Counted from the stretch's first letter, positions 30,205 through 42,358 are shown. The stretch: 64,000 nt of DNA from Candidatus Methanomethylicia archaeon (GCA_038845975.1 JAWBQF010000008.1:1-64000), one strand, 5' to 3'. Notes: generated by a model from the sequence alone, not told the origin. Translations and numbers: made by a program.

Positions 30205-31914
30205 ATGCAGAGTCTTAGTGAAATACCTATTAATGCAGCTCATGGACTTGTAAAGTCGATGGAGGAGTTTAATGTAAAAATTGTATTCGGTATTCCAGGA
30301 GGTGCTGTTCTTCCATTTTTCGATTATCTATATGATTCAAATATAAGGTTTATACTTGTAAGACATGAACAGGCAGCTGTTCATGCAGCAGATGCTTATG
30401 GAAGGGTTACAGGTACTCCAGGTGTAGTGGTTGCAACTTCTGGTCCTGGAGCTACGAATCTTATTACTGGTTTAGCTACAGCATATATGGATAGTTCCCC
30501 TCTAGTAGCTATTACTGGACAGGTTTCTAGGGATATGATTGGTCGTGATGCCTTCCAGGAGGCAGATATTACTGGTTTAGCTATGCCTGTTACGAAGCAG
30601 GTTTTCCTAGCTGATGATGCTGAAACAGTTCCATCACTGTTTAAACTATCTTATAGATTATCATCGCATCTTAGACCAGGCCCTATACTAATAGATATAC
30701 CTAAGGATTTATGGCTTCAACCTATTAAGCAGGTTAGAAATGTAGAGTTTATAGTTAAAAGAATATCTGAGCCTGATTTAAATCTAGTTATGGAAGCTAC
30801 AAGTATTCTTCTTAAGGCTGAGAAACCAGTAATACTTGTAGGTGGGGGTGTAGCTATAAGTGGGGTTTGGAATGATGTTTTAAGTCTTGCTGAAGCCTTA
30901 AATGCTCCAATAGTAACTACGTTAATGGGTAAGAATAGTATTCCATCAATCCATCCATTAGTTATGGGAGTTGCTGGAATGCATGGTAGACCTGAAGCAA
31001 ATATTGCTCTTCTAGAATCCGATGTTGTTCTAGTTGTTGGCGCAAGACTATCTGATAGAACAGTAAGTAATTTCAATTCTTTTAGGAGTGGTAGGAAGAT
31101 TATTCATCTAGATATTGATGCTAGTGAAATAGGTAAGAATATTAAGCCTGATTTAAGTATTGTTGGTGATCTACATAAAAGCATTTCAGAAATGGTTAAG
31201 CTAGTATTAAGCAATACTGTTAGGAGAAGTGGATTTATTAGTAGGCTTTACGAGGTAAGGAGGAGGTTTGAGGAATATTTAGATAGTCATTCTGAACCCT
31301 GTTTTAAGCCTTGGAAAGCATTAAAGATAATTCGTCAATCAATCCCATCAAACTCAATAATTACTACAGGTGTAGGACAGAATCAAATGTGGACTTCTCT
31401 TCATTGGACTGTTTTCTCGCCACGTACTTATATTACGAGCGGAGGTCTTGGAACAATGGGTTTCGGTCTACCTGCAGCTATAGGTGTTAAAGCAGCGTTT
31501 CCAGATAGAGTAGTTTTAGATATTGATGGTGATGGAAGCCTTTTAATGACATGTCAAAACCTAGCAGTAATATCAGAGGAGAATCTTCCAGTAATAGTTG
31601 TTGTATTTGATAATAGAGCTTTAGGAATGATTAGACAGTGGCAATCAGTAATGTTTCGTAGGAGATATATTGCTTCAGATATAGGCTGTAAAACAGATTT
31701 TTTAAAGCTTGCTGAATCATTTGGTATTGATGGGGTTTCACCTAAAACATATAGTGAGCTTGAACATGTTATTAGGAGGTACGCTGATTTAAACGAGCCA
31801 TTACTAGTAGATTTAACAATAGATACTGATGAGCTTGTTTTACCATTTGTTCCTCCTGGAAAATGTTTAAGCGAGATGATTATGCCTGAAGGTGTAGATG
31901 TTAATGTGTGGTGA
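30205..31914 (+). CDS. ilvB: Acetolactate synthase large subunit
   Basis: FGIPGG; RHEQAA.H.AD; TSGPGATN; DAFQE; GMHG; SGGLGTMG; ThDP motif GDGS...N. Confidence 0.96.
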   Translation: MQSLSEIPINAAHGLVKSMEEFNVKIVFGIPGGAVLPFFDYLYDSNIRFILVRHEQAAVHAADAYGRVTGTPGVVVATSGPGATNLITGLATAYMDSSPLVAITGQVSRDMIGRDAFQEADITGLAMPVTKQVFLADDAETVPSLFKLSYRLSSHLRPGPILIDIPKDLWLQPIKQVRNVEFIVKRISEPDLNLVMEATSILLKAEKPVILVGGGVAISGVWNDVLSLAEALNAPIVTTLMGKNSIPSIHPLVMGVAGMHGRPEANIALLESDVVLVVGARLSDRTVSNFNSFRSGRKIIHLDIDASEIGKNIKPDLSIVGDLHKSISEMVKLVLSNTVRRSGFISRLYEVRRRFEEYLDSHSEPCFKPWKALKIIRQSIPSNSIITTGVGQNQMWTSLHWTVFSPRTYITSGGLGTMGFGLPAAIGVKAAFPDRVVLDIDGDGSLLMTCQNLAVISEENLPVIVVVFDNRALGMIRQWQSVMFRRRYIASDIGCKTDFLKLAESFGIDGVSPKTYSELEHVIRRYADLNEPLLVDLTIDTDELVLPFVPPGKCLSEMIMPEGVDVNVW

Positions 31915-32139
31915 ATATATGTTAAGCATAGATGGTATAGGATCTATAGATACTGTAATTAAAAGCCTTCTAGTTATTAGGAGGAGTAGACTTAAGTTTA
32001 GAAGTGTAGAGGCTACTACTAATGGATATGGAGTTAAAATTAAGATACGTATTAACGGATTAGATGATGAAGCATCTTGGATTGCTAGAAAAATTGAAAG
32101 TATAGCTAGTATTGCTTCAGTACAGCTTTTAAAAGGTGA

Positions 32140-32146
<7 letters not shown>
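31898..32146 (+). CDS. ilvN: ACT-domain acetolactate synthase small subunit (putative)
   Basis: Short ACT-like ORF overlapping both ilvB and ilvC. Confidence 0.65.
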
Positions 32147-33129
<983 letters not shown>

Positions 33130-33226
33130 CCATAAACTCCTATAACATATATTCCACTTAATACTACATCTACTATATGAGAATATATTACTTATGTTTA
33201 TTTAACTGTTTATCTAGTGTTTAATT

Positions 33227-33526
33227 ATGAAGTATAGGATTATAGCTATAGTTAAGGATGTTAAGGGTTATTGCCCAATTTATAGGGTTAAAGATAGCTT
33301 TATAGTTGAGTGGTTCTATATTAAATCTGAATCTTCAAGTAATATATGTATACATGCCTTATCATCAATGCTAACTCTAATTTCAGCATTTATACATGGA
33401 TTATCAGCTAAAGATCTCGGTATAGGTTCTGAGGATGATATTGGATATATTCAGTGTCCGGATCCAGGACCTCCATATACTAAAGGAGGAACTGTAATAT
33501 TTGAGTTAAGAAGACTGAAAATTTAA
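33227..33526 (+). CDS. TIGR04076-family small Cys-containing protein
   Basis: KG.CP; IC.HA; QCPDPG......GTVIFE. Confidence 0.8.
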   Translation: MKYRIIAIVKDVKGYCPIYRVKDSFIVEWFYIKSESSSNICIHALSSMLTLISAFIHGLSAKDLGIGSEDDIGYIQCPDPGPPYTKGGTVIFELRRLKI

Positions 33527-33646
33527 ACTAGATACTTAGATATTGATTGGCTTATACGGAATCATTAATGGTAGCTCTTAAAACATTACAGTTAGCAGCT
33601 ATTAATATCTTAGATATAATACATATGCTATATGAGTGTTTATTCT

Positions 33647-34372
33647 TTATCTAATAGTTTTGTTATTGATTATTTGTTTAAGTTCTTTTAATACTGGTAT
33701 TTCCATCATCATTTCATCTGTTATTAATCTCCAAATTATTCCGCTTGGTCTAGTTCTAGATTTTTCGGTTTTTATGATTCTTATAGGGGTTACTATGTAG
33801 TCTACTGGAACATCAAATTCTTCTTGTGGAATTTTTTCAACTATTTGTAGTTCATGTATTGTTGTTATTATTGGAGTGTTTTCATCTATTCTACCTAGTT
33901 CTCTAAGTATTCCGTATTCAAGTTCACTGTATCCTGACCCTTTACCTATTCTCTCCCCTCTTAGACTTACAGCTACTGATCCTACTATTTTAATATCTAT
34001 ATTTGGAATATCTCTAAGTTTTAGTTTTTTACCGTGTTTAAATGCTCCATGTATTGTTGAGGCTTCATAGTATAGTTTCCTAGGTATATTGTTCGGGTTT
34101 AAAATTAGGAATCCCTCCTTAAGTCTAGGAGTAGCCATAATTATGGTTTTACCATCTCTAAGTATAAGTTCACGTAGAGGTCTTTGAGGAGAATCTGGAT
34201 TAGTGAATACTGTTTCAGCCTTAACATATTCTCTTAAGCTTTTAACTAGGTATGCTGCTTTCCCCGCTCCCTTAAAGTTCGGAATTCTACCTACTATAGG
34301 TTTTGGAGGTAATGCTTCACCTTTTTCCTCAAGAATTCTCCATATACTCCTCCTAATATCCTCCTTATCCAC
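33647..34372 (-). CDS. 5-formyltetrahydrofolate cyclo-ligase family (MTHFSD-like)
   Basis: GRIPNF.GA; PDSPQ; TPRL; GSVAV...G.RIGKG.GY..LEY; DVPVD.IVTP. Confidence 0.92.
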   Translation of the reverse strand: MDKEDIRRSIWRILEEKGEALPPKPIVGRIPNFKGAGKAAYLVKSLREYVKAETVFTNPDSPQRPLRELILRDGKTIIMATPRLKEGFLILNPNNIPRKLYYEASTIHGAFKHGKKLKLRDIPNIDIKIVGSVAVSLRGERIGKGSGYSELEYGILRELGRIDENTPIITTIHELQIVEKIPQEEFDVPVDYIVTPIRIIKTEKSRTRPSGIIWRLITDEMMMEIPVLKELKQIINNKTIR

Positions 34373-34664
34373 AAAATCATTCTTACTAGTAATTTTTAAA
34401 CGTTACTATATGATTAATAATATCTATTCATATTCTATAGGCTTTAAAGAGCATATTTGAAGACTTGCTCTATGTAAAATCCAATAAATTCATGGACCTG
34501 CTAGCTTAAGTATTTACTCTTCATATCTAAGTTTACAAAGTATGTAGACTCGCATTGTGAACTTAAGCAATCAATTACATGTACTTCTCATATCTAAGGT
34601 TTATAAAGCCCGTAGACTGGTAGAAATACTTATATTCTCCAGTTTTCTTAATACATGGTTCAGT

Positions 34665-35795
34665 ATGAGTCTTCTAGAAACTCCTCTATGTAGTTTTCAT
34701 GCTGAACATGGAGCTTTAATGACTGATTTTGCTGGTTGGCGTATGCCCTTATGGTATGAGGGCATTATTCCTGAGCATCTTGCAGTTAGAGATAATGTAG
34801 GGCTTTTCGATGTTAGCCATATGGGTAGACTACTGGTTAAGGGAGTGAACGCTGAGAAAACTATAGATTATCTAGCTACAAATAATGTTAGGGCTTTACA
34901 GATAGGTGGAGCTCAATATACACCTATATGTAATGATAATGGAGGTATAAAGGATGATGTTATAGTCTACAAGATTCAGCAGGATGAGTTTCTAATAGTT
35001 ACTAATTCTGTTAATAGATTGAAAATTTATAATTGGATTAATGAACATTTAAAACCTAACGTTGAAGTTAATGATTTAACGTTTAATATACTTATGCTTT
35101 CACTTCAAGGCCCTAAATCAGTTAATGTATTAAATGATCTAGGATATCTAAATGTTCAAGGTCTTCAGAGATTCAGCTTCATAATTGATAGGTTTAACGA
35201 TTCTAAGCTGTTAATAGCTTATACGGGATATACTGGTGAGAGAGGATATGAACTTATGCTTTGGCTACCTAAGGATAGTGAGCGGGAAGTATCTGAAGAG
35301 TTTACATCTAGACTTATAGATACCGGTGTTAAATATGGCTTAAAGCTTTGCGGTTTAGGTGCTAGAGATACTTTAAGGCTTGAAGCTGGAATGGTTTTAT
35401 ACGGTAATGACATAGATGAAAATACAACTCCTATTGAAGCAAAGCTTAGCTTTACAGTTAAGCTTGATAAAGGCGATTTTATAGGTAGGAAGATTCTTGA
35501 AGAACAGAGAAGAACAGGTGTTAAGAGAGTTAGAATAGGATTTATATGTGAGGGTAGACAGATTCCAAGAAGAGATTATAAAATATACTATGAAGGAGTA
35601 GAAGTTGGAGTTGTTACAAGCGGTTCATATTCACCAATATTACAGAGAGGTATTGGAATGGGCTATATATCCCCAAGTCTTGATAAGCCTGGATTATCCA
35701 TCAATATTCCTATGAGAATACATACAGCAACAGCAGTAATAACTAAGTGGCCATTCTACGATACTAGAAGATATGGATATATGAGAGTAGAGTAG
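34665..35795 (+). CDS. gcvT: Glycine cleavage system aminomethyltransferase T
   Basis: FAGW.MP; EH.AVR..VGLFDVSHMG; LQGP; TGYTGE.GYE; GLGARDTLRLEAG. Start taken as ATG 34665. Confidence 0.95.
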   Translation: MSLLETPLCSFHAEHGALMTDFAGWRMPLWYEGIIPEHLAVRDNVGLFDVSHMGRLLVKGVNAEKTIDYLATNNVRALQIGGAQYTPICNDNGGIKDDVIVYKIQQDEFLIVTNSVNRLKIYNWINEHLKPNVEVNDLTFNILMLSLQGPKSVNVLNDLGYLNVQGLQRFSFIIDRFNDSKLLIAYTGYTGERGYELMLWLPKDSEREVSEEFTSRLIDTGVKYGLKLCGLGARDTLRLEAGMVLYGNDIDENTTPIEAKLSFTVKLDKGDFIGRKILEEQRRTGVKRVRIGFICEGRQIPRRDYKIYYEGVEVGVVTSGSYSPILQRGIGMGYISPSLDKPGLSINIPMRIHTATAVITKWPFYDTRRYGYMRVE

Positions 35796-36029
35796 CAATA
35801 TATCCCTATATACTAAGTAGATCTATAATTTCTGACTACGTATTAGTTGTCTACTTGGCTCTATGAAGTTTATACGTGGAAATTATGAGTAGTTAATGCC
35901 TAAATAGATAAAGCATATTAGGTAGCTCTATAAATCTTAGATATGAGAAGTACATGTAATTGATTGTTTAAGTTTATAGACATGTTAAGCTGTAGTAAAC
36001 CTTATTAATATCTCTTGTAAAGCTAGTTC

Positions 36030-36317
36030 ATGCTTGATTTAGAGTATCAAGTAGTTACGTTTATAATGTTTATAGTTCCCCTCTATGTTTTAGCGTTTCT
36101 ACTATATGTTGTAAGAGTTTTGAAGGGTCCAACAATATCTGATACTGTATTAGCTTTAGATTCTCTACTTTACGATGTTGCTGCCTTTACAGCTATATTA
36201 GCTTTGTTTTTTAAATCCCCAATTCTAGCTCCAATATCTATAATTATTGCTTTATGGGCTTACGCTACGGATATTTATGTAGCGAAATATCTTGAAAGTA
36301 GGGAGATGGGTGATTAA
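36030..36317 (+). CDS. mnhF: Mrp/Mnh Na+/H+ antiporter subunit F
   Basis: R..KGPT..D..LA.D; AKYLE. Confidence 0.88.
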   Translation: MLDLEYQVVTFIMFIVPLYVLAFLLYVVRVLKGPTISDTVLALDSLLYDVAAFTAILALFFKSPILAPISIIIALWAYATDIYVAKYLESREMGD

Positions 36318-36689
36318 ATGAATTTAGTTAGCTATATAATCGTATTTATTGGTGAGTTTTTACTATTTGTAGGGGTTATTGGAGATTTGATTGGAGCTTT
36401 AGGATTGCTTCGATTTCCTAACTTCTTTATACGTCTTCATGCAGCAACTATAGGTGTAATTGGTGGTGCTTTCTATCCATTATTAGGAGTTACATTAATA
36501 GCTATTGGAGCTGATTTTCTTGGGGTTTATAGATGGTTTATTGCAGGTTCTTCTCTTATTACAGCTTTTCTAATCGCTATTCTAGCTCCTACCGGTACTC
36601 ACGCTCTTGCAAGAGCAACATATAGAGCTAGAGTATCTATACCGTATCCTAAAGTTATCGATCATTTAGAGGAGGATAGTCGTGCTTGA
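36318..36689 (+). CDS. mnhG: Mrp/Mnh antiporter subunit G
   Basis: G.LRFP.FF.RLHAAT; P...HALARA. Confidence 0.92.
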   Translation: MNLVSYIIVFIGEFLLFVGVIGDLIGALGLLRFPNFFIRLHAATIGVIGGAFYPLLGVTLIAIGADFLGVYRWFIAGSSLITAFLIAILAPTGTHALARATYRARVSIPYPKVIDHLEEDSRA

Positions 36690-36936
36690 AGTTATTTTTA
36701 CTCTTCTTCTAATAATGATTTCCTCGCTTATATCTACTATTGCTGTTTATTTAGCTATTACTGAGCGTAATTTAGTAAGAGCAGTTCTCTTCTCAGCTTT
36801 ACAGAGTATGTGTTATGCTTTTCTATACTTTATTCTTATGGCTCCAGATATAGTTTTAGTCTATGTACCTGTTTCTATCGGTCTATATCCTGCAGCTATT
36901 CTATTCCTAATAAGGAAGACAAGGGAGTGTGAGTAG
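36682..36936 (+). CDS. Mrp antiporter subunit (DUF4040 / MbhD-like)
   Basis: Three TM helices; L.APD motif; operon position. Confidence 0.82.
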   Translation: MLEVIFTLLLIMISSLISTIAVYLAITERNLVRAVLFSALQSMCYAFLYFILMAPDIVLVYVPVSIGLYPAAILFLIRKTRECE

Positions 36937-37747
36937 GTTGCTTTTAAGAAGGTTATTAACTGTTTTTGTATTGATGGTTTTCATTGTTTTAACATCATAT
37001 ACCGTAACTGTTCTTAACGTATTCGGTGAGCTTCCACCTAGAAGTCTTAGACCTCTAGCTTTCTGGTTTATAAACACATCAATTACTCCGTGGCTTAGCT
37101 ATTTCAGCGCTATGGCTCCTGAAACGGTTACAGCTATAATTTGGGATTATCGTGGTTTAGATACTCTGTTTGAAACTGCTGTCTTCTATTTTGCAATAAT
37201 AGCTAGTATAGCTCTCTTCAGAGGTATTGAGGAGAAGTCTAGTAGAGGTAGGTATGCTGGACTTTCAAAAATAGTTAGGGTTGTAAGTAGAATTTTACTT
37301 CCAGTTAATATTGCTGTTGCTGCTTCAATAGCTGTTCATGGAACCATAACTCCTGGAGGTGGTTTCCAGGCAGGTTCAGCTATGGCTGTCGCTCCATTAA
37401 TCCTTATAATTGTGTTTTCAAGATTCTTTCTTAAGGAGAAGGGTTTATCGAAGAATCTATTAATAGCTTTACGTGGAGTTGGACTTGTTGGGATTGGTAT
37501 AGCATCCATTCTAGTTTTAATTGTAGGTTTATTATCTGGAAGCTATGCCTTCATATTTCAAAACCAGCCTAAAATAAATGCACCTATAGGTTTACCGTCG
37601 GAGATTTTAGGTTTTCCTATTGCTGGTACATTGTTTATTTTTAACATCTTTGAGTTCATAGCTGTTTTTGCAGGTTTTACTATAATATTTATTCTATTAT
37701 CAATTCCTGAAGATATAGCTAGGGAGGCTTTACATGATGAACATTAA
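36929..37747 (+). CDS. mnhB: Mrp/Mnh antiporter subunit B
   Basis: VTAI.WDYRGLDTLFE; HG..TPGGGFQ.G. Confidence 0.92.
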   Translation: MSRLLLRRLLTVFVLMVFIVLTSYTVTVLNVFGELPPRSLRPLAFWFINTSITPWLSYFSAMAPETVTAIIWDYRGLDTLFETAVFYFAIIASIALFRGIEEKSSRGRYAGLSKIVRVVSRILLPVNIAVAASIAVHGTITPGGGFQAGSAMAVAPLILIIVFSRFFLKEKGLSKNLLIALRGVGLVGIGIASILVLIVGLLSGSYAFIFQNQPKINAPIGLPSEILGFPIAGTLFIFNIFEFIAVFAGFTIIFILLSIPEDIAREALHDEH

Positions 37748-38147
37748 TCTATACATGTTTACATTTACTATAATAATTGTATCTTTAATAGTTAATTTAG
37801 CATTATCGCTTTACGGTGTTCTAGTAAAGCCGAATATAGTTAAGAAAATAATATCATTAACGATTTTAGGGGATTCAGCTAATACCTTCGCAATACTTAT
37901 AGGTTATCGTGCTATATATCCTGTTTCACCACCTGTCCAATTAAATATTCCTCCAAGTCCTAGCGATGTATTTCAGCTTACTAGTTTAAGTGTTGATCCA
38001 TTACCGCAAGCTCTCGTATTAACAGCTATAGTAATAGGATTAGCAGTAAATATCTTCCTTATATTTCTAGCTATTCAAATACATAGGCTTTACGGAACTC
38101 TAGATATGAGGGAGATAGCTAGGATTAAGGGTGTGGGATATGAGTAA
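37734..38147 (+). CDS. mnhC: Mrp/Mnh antiporter subunit C
   Basis: N..KKI; DPLPQALVLTAIVIG; YGTLD. Confidence 0.94.
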   Translation: MMNINLYMFTFTIIIVSLIVNLALSLYGVLVKPNIVKKIISLTILGDSANTFAILIGYRAIYPVSPPVQLNIPPSPSDVFQLTSLSVDPLPQALVLTAIVIGLAVNIFLIFLAIQIHRLYGTLDMREIARIKGVGYE

Positions 38148-38646
38148 ACTATTGAAGGTTACTGTTTTAGCCTTTATAGTTTTTATAGTTTACATGGTGT
38201 TTAGCGGGTCAACAATGCTTTTCGACTTATTGATCGGTATTATTGTTGCTTTTATTACTAGTATGTTTGTTGCTGATTTTTTAGTTTTGAATCCTAGTAA
38301 GCTTCTTAGTCTTAAAAGAATTATAAACCTTATAGTTTATACTCTATACTACTTTACAAGGATTGAGTTTACAGCTCACTATGATGTTATTAGGAGGATA
38401 TTGAATCCTAAGATGCCTATAAATCCAGGTATTGTAAGAGTTCCCTATTATTCTGAAAGCGATTACTCCATGGTTACTGTTGCAAACTCTATAACTAATA
38501 CTCCGGGTACTGTTGTTGTTGATTTTGACGAGGTACGTAAAGTATTTTATGTCCACTGGATAGATGTGAAATCTATAGATCCTAGGGATACCTACAGCTT
38601 TATTGCTAGAACGTTTGAGGATTATGCTAGGAGAATATTTGATTAG
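38140..38646 (+). CDS. mnhE: Mrp/Mnh antiporter subunit E
   Basis: INPGIV.VP; ANSIT.TPGT; VHW. Confidence 0.93.
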   Translation: MSKLLKVTVLAFIVFIVYMVFSGSTMLFDLLIGIIVAFITSMFVADFLVLNPSKLLSLKRIINLIVYTLYYFTRIEFTAHYDVIRRILNPKMPINPGIVRVPYYSESDYSMVTVANSITNTPGTVVVDFDEVRKVFYVHWIDVKSIDPRDTYSFIARTFEDYARRIFD

Positions 38647-40260
38647 GTGGTTTTCTTGATCTTATATGTTGGTCTCCCACCCTTAATGCTTGTTGTTGCT
38701 GCATTTATACTTGTTATTTTAACTCTTATAACTAGGAGGAAGATAATATATGATGTTTATGCACTTCTATTTTCCCTTTCTGCATTAATACTTACCATAC
38801 TGGTTTTTAAACTGGTTTACGAGGGAGGTAAGCCTGCTATATATTCATTTGGTGGTTGGCCTCCACCAATTGGAATATTTTATGAGGTTGATTTCCTAGG
38901 AGCTTTTCTAGGTGTTGTTGTTGGAGTTGTTATGTTTTTAGTTGTTCTCTATAGTATTTGGTATACTGGTGGATTAAGTGGTTTTGAATATTATTATGCT
39001 CTTCTTCTAGGTATGGAGGCTGGAATGCTTGGCTGTATATATACTGGTGATGTTTTTAATTTGTTTGTTATGTTTGAGGTTTTAGCTATATCTTGCTATG
39101 GTCTTGTTGGATTCTATAGGTCTAAGCCTGCAGCTGTAGAGGCTGCTATTAAGTATGCTTTAATCGGGGCTTTAGCTACAACACTATACTTTCTAGGTCT
39201 TGTTTTCATTTATGGATCGTTCGGTACGTTGAATATGGCTGATTTAGCTCTTAAATCCCGTATTGGATCTATAGGCTATTTTCCATATAGTGGCTTCCCA
39301 ATATCTGATGTTAGAGTTGGTGGTTTAGTGGCTTTAGCATTGGCTTTATGGGCTTTCACGTTTAAGGCTGCCCTGTTTCCCAGTCACTTCTGGCTTCCAG
39401 ATGCTCATCCTGAAGCTCCAACTCCAATTTCAGCTGCATTATCTGGATTGGTTGTTAAGATTGGTGTTTACGCTACAGTAAGGTTTCTCTATACTATTTT
39501 CAGTTCTAACTCATTAATAGCTAAGGGTTTCCTCCAGCTTTCCCCATGGAGTCTCCTAACATACATTCTTCTAGCTTTAGGATTATTATCAGGTGTTTTA
39601 GGTGCTTTACTAATGGCTATACAAATAGATGTGAAGAGGTTGCTTGCATATAGTACGATTAGCCATGTAGGGCTTATATTTATGGGTATTGCTACAGGTA
39701 GTGGTTATGGTTTAGCTGCATCTACATATCATATTATGAATCATGCTCTCGGTAAGGCTCTTCTCTTCATGTCTACAGGTATTTTAGTAAAGATGTTAAA
39801 TACAAGAAATCTAGATGAACTAGCAGGATCCGGTAGATTCTACCCTACTGTAACTATAGCTACGATTCTCGGAATTCTACATATGATAGGTGTTCCCCCA
39901 TTTAGTGGATTCTATAGTAAGCTACTACTATACACTTCACTGTTTGAGATGGGTGGATTACTATTAGCATCAAGTATAATCATAGTTTCAGTTATTTCAA
40001 TTTTCGGCTATGCTAAAATAATCTATAGCTTAATGTTTAAGTCTCCAACTTCAATAGTTAATAAACCACCTATAGAGAAGAATAGGTCCGTATCTATTTT
40101 AATGTTAATTATTGGATTAGCAACATTCATACTTGGATTATTTGCTGATACAATAATAACAGTTGTTTTCAAAGTAGCTGAAAACCTATCTGAAAATGGT
40201 GTAGCAATATATATTCAGTCAGCCTTAACAGCTATACAGGAGCTTTCCCCAGGTAGTTAG
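38647..40260 (+). CDS. mnhD: Mrp/Mnh antiporter subunit D
   Basis: GGW.PP.GI; D.FNLFV.FE; AA.KY; KAALFP.HFWLPDAH.EAP; KR.LAYST. Confidence 0.92.
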   Translation: MVFLILYVGLPPLMLVVAAFILVILTLITRRKIIYDVYALLFSLSALILTILVFKLVYEGGKPAIYSFGGWPPPIGIFYEVDFLGAFLGVVVGVVMFLVVLYSIWYTGGLSGFEYYYALLLGMEAGMLGCIYTGDVFNLFVMFEVLAISCYGLVGFYRSKPAAVEAAIKYALIGALATTLYFLGLVFIYGSFGTLNMADLALKSRIGSIGYFPYSGFPISDVRVGGLVALALALWAFTFKAALFPSHFWLPDAHPEAPTPISAALSGLVVKIGVYATVRFLYTIFSSNSLIAKGFLQLSPWSLLTYILLALGLLSGVLGALLMAIQIDVKRLLAYSTISHVGLIFMGIATGSGYGLAASTYHIMNHALGKALLFMSTGILVKMLNTRNLDELAGSGRFYPTVTIATILGILHMIGVPPFSGFYSKLLLYTSLFEMGGLLLASSIIIVSVISIFGYAKIIYSLMFKSPTSIVNKPPIEKNRSVSILMLIIGLATFILGLFADTIITVVFKVAENLSENGVAIYIQSALTAIQELSPGS

Positions 40261-40269
40261 CTGTAATAT

Positions 40270-41814
40270 GTGTGGTGGTTTATAATGTCCTATATGCTTA
40301 CATTACTAATCATGCTGCCGATTTCTATAGCCTTAATGTCCCCTCTCCTCTTAAAGTTTTTAGGTTATCGAGTAGTTGTTATTATTAACTCTATTTCCCT
40401 ACTACTTCCTGGAGTTTTAGGTTTTACATATCTACTACTTATGGGGTCTAATACTGTTTTAATAGAGGTTTTATGTGTGATTAAAGGTATTGGTACGTTT
40501 GCATTTCTACTAGACTACTTGAATCTACCTATTTTATTATCTATTTCGATTGTAACTGCTTCAGTATGTATTTACTCTATACCGTATATGAAGCATAGAT
40601 TTAAGGAGATGCTTGATGAGGGGGAGGAAGCCCCAGGATGGAGTATTTACCTTATGCTCTATACATTGTTTTCATCTAGTATGCTTGGTATTGCTGCATC
40701 AACAAATATTATTGAATTCTACTTGTTCTTGGAGTTAAGTCTTATTCCCTCCTTCCTATTAATAGCTTTATATGGTTATGGTGATAGGAGGAGAATAGCT
40801 TTAATGTATTTTGTATGGACTCATATTGGAGCTCAACTATTTCTTATAGGTTCACTAATATACGGTATGTCTACTGGAAGCTTTGATTTTTATAGTGTTA
40901 CTCTAGGTAGGCCACTAGTAGGTTTTGGAGAGTATTTACCGGGTAGATTAGCTGAAACTGCATCTATCCTTATGGTTTTAGGATTATTCTTTAAAATGGC
41001 TGTTTTAGGAATGCATTTCTGGCTTCCATATGCTCATGCTCAAGCTCCAACCCCTGTATCAGCACTTCTATCACCTAATCTAATAGGGCTTGCAGGCTAT
41101 GGTATTTTAAGAATTGTTATTACGTTGTTTCCAAATATTACATATAGCTTCTCAACATCTTTAATGATTTTATCCATTGCTACAATAATATATGGAGGTT
41201 TACTAGCTTTAAGACAGGATGATTTTAAACGTCTTCTAGCATACTCAAGCATATCTCAGATGGGCTATATTCTTCTAGGTATTTCAAGCTTTACAATTAT
41301 AGGCTTTACTGGAGCTATTCTACATTATCTTTCACATGCTGTTGGTAAAGCCCTCTTATTCATGGCTGCAGGAGTATTTATAACTGAACATCACGGTTTA
41401 AGAAGCATATCTAGAATGGGTGGGTTTGCAGCTAGCTACCCATACCTCTTCGCATTAACACTCTTCGGGGTTATGAGTTTAACAGGTCTCCCACCGTCAA
41501 GCTGCTTAATAAGTAAGTTCCTAATAATAGCAGGAATATCTTCAGTAATTATTAAAATGGGGTTAACATCAATGATTATCCTTAGCATTGCAGTTATAGT
41601 AGGTATAGGGTTAACATTAGGATATACTTTCTGGACTATAAAGAGAATTTTCTTCGGACCTATAAGTCTTAAAAACCATACAAATACAAATCCATACTTT
41701 ACCATAACAATGACTATTATAGCTCTTCTCGGACTAATTTCCTTCCTATATCCAAAACCATTCGTTGATTTCCTACAAACATACTTACAAAATATTCTTG
41801 GAGGACATGAATAA
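40270..41814 (+). CDS. Mrp antiporter MrpA/D-type (NuoL/M-like) subunit
   Basis: FY.FLE; K.....MHFWLP.AH..APTP.SA; Q.D.KR.LAYSS.SQMG; H...K..LF..AG. Confidence 0.9.
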   Translation: MWWFIMSYMLTLLIMLPISIALMSPLLLKFLGYRVVVIINSISLLLPGVLGFTYLLLMGSNTVLIEVLCVIKGIGTFAFLLDYLNLPILLSISIVTASVCIYSIPYMKHRFKEMLDEGEEAPGWSIYLMLYTLFSSSMLGIAASTNIIEFYLFLELSLIPSFLLIALYGYGDRRRIALMYFVWTHIGAQLFLIGSLIYGMSTGSFDFYSVTLGRPLVGFGEYLPGRLAETASILMVLGLFFKMAVLGMHFWLPYAHAQAPTPVSALLSPNLIGLAGYGILRIVITLFPNITYSFSTSLMILSIATIIYGGLLALRQDDFKRLLAYSSISQMGYILLGISSFTIIGFTGAILHYLSHAVGKALLFMAAGVFITEHHGLRSISRMGGFAASYPYLFALTLFGVMSLTGLPPSSCLISKFLIIAGISSVIIKMGLTSMIILSIAVIVGIGLTLGYTFWTIKRIFFGPISLKNHTNTNPYFTITMTIIALLGLISFLYPKPFVDFLQTYLQNILGGHE

Positions 41815-41882
41815 AACCAGGTAATTACTCCTAAATAGGCTTACTGAAATCTACAATTGAAATGCTTTGATACTTTACGAAT

Positions 41883-42358
41883 TTAGCTTGAACCAGCCTC
41901 TATGAGAGATACTATGGGGAGTTCTAGTTCCTCCATTCTATCAAGCATTTCCTTCTCCAGATTTAGGAAGATTGCTTTTACTTGGAGCTTTACCGCTATA
42001 GCTATTACATAACATTCTGGTAGAGCTGTTCCAAGCTTTTTCTAAGTTCCTAAACTTTAACAGCTATATCTGGCATTATCTCTACTGTTTTAACTTTCAT
42101 GGTAAGCCATTTAATGAAGTTCAAAGCCTCATCCTCGAGTTTTTCAATACCTGCCAACTCATAGATTCTAGACACTATATACGTAAGCTCTGAGATTGTA
42201 ATGGGAGTTATATAGAGTTCTATTTTTTCTACTGATTTCTGCAACTACTATTGTGGGTGTTGCTGAATTCCTCTCCTCAATGTAGTCTTTCACAGTAGCT
42301 CCCTCACTAGACCCTATAAAATACTTCATCCATGCATGTGAGTCTATTATAAAATCAT
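41883..42358 (-). pseudogene. vapC: VapC PIN-domain toxin, chimeric / disrupted
   Basis: MILIDSHAWMKYF...TPTIVVAEISRK, then in another frame LYITPITISEL...A.KV*ELR..L..ALPECYVIA.A..LQ.KA.F. Confidence 0.8.
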
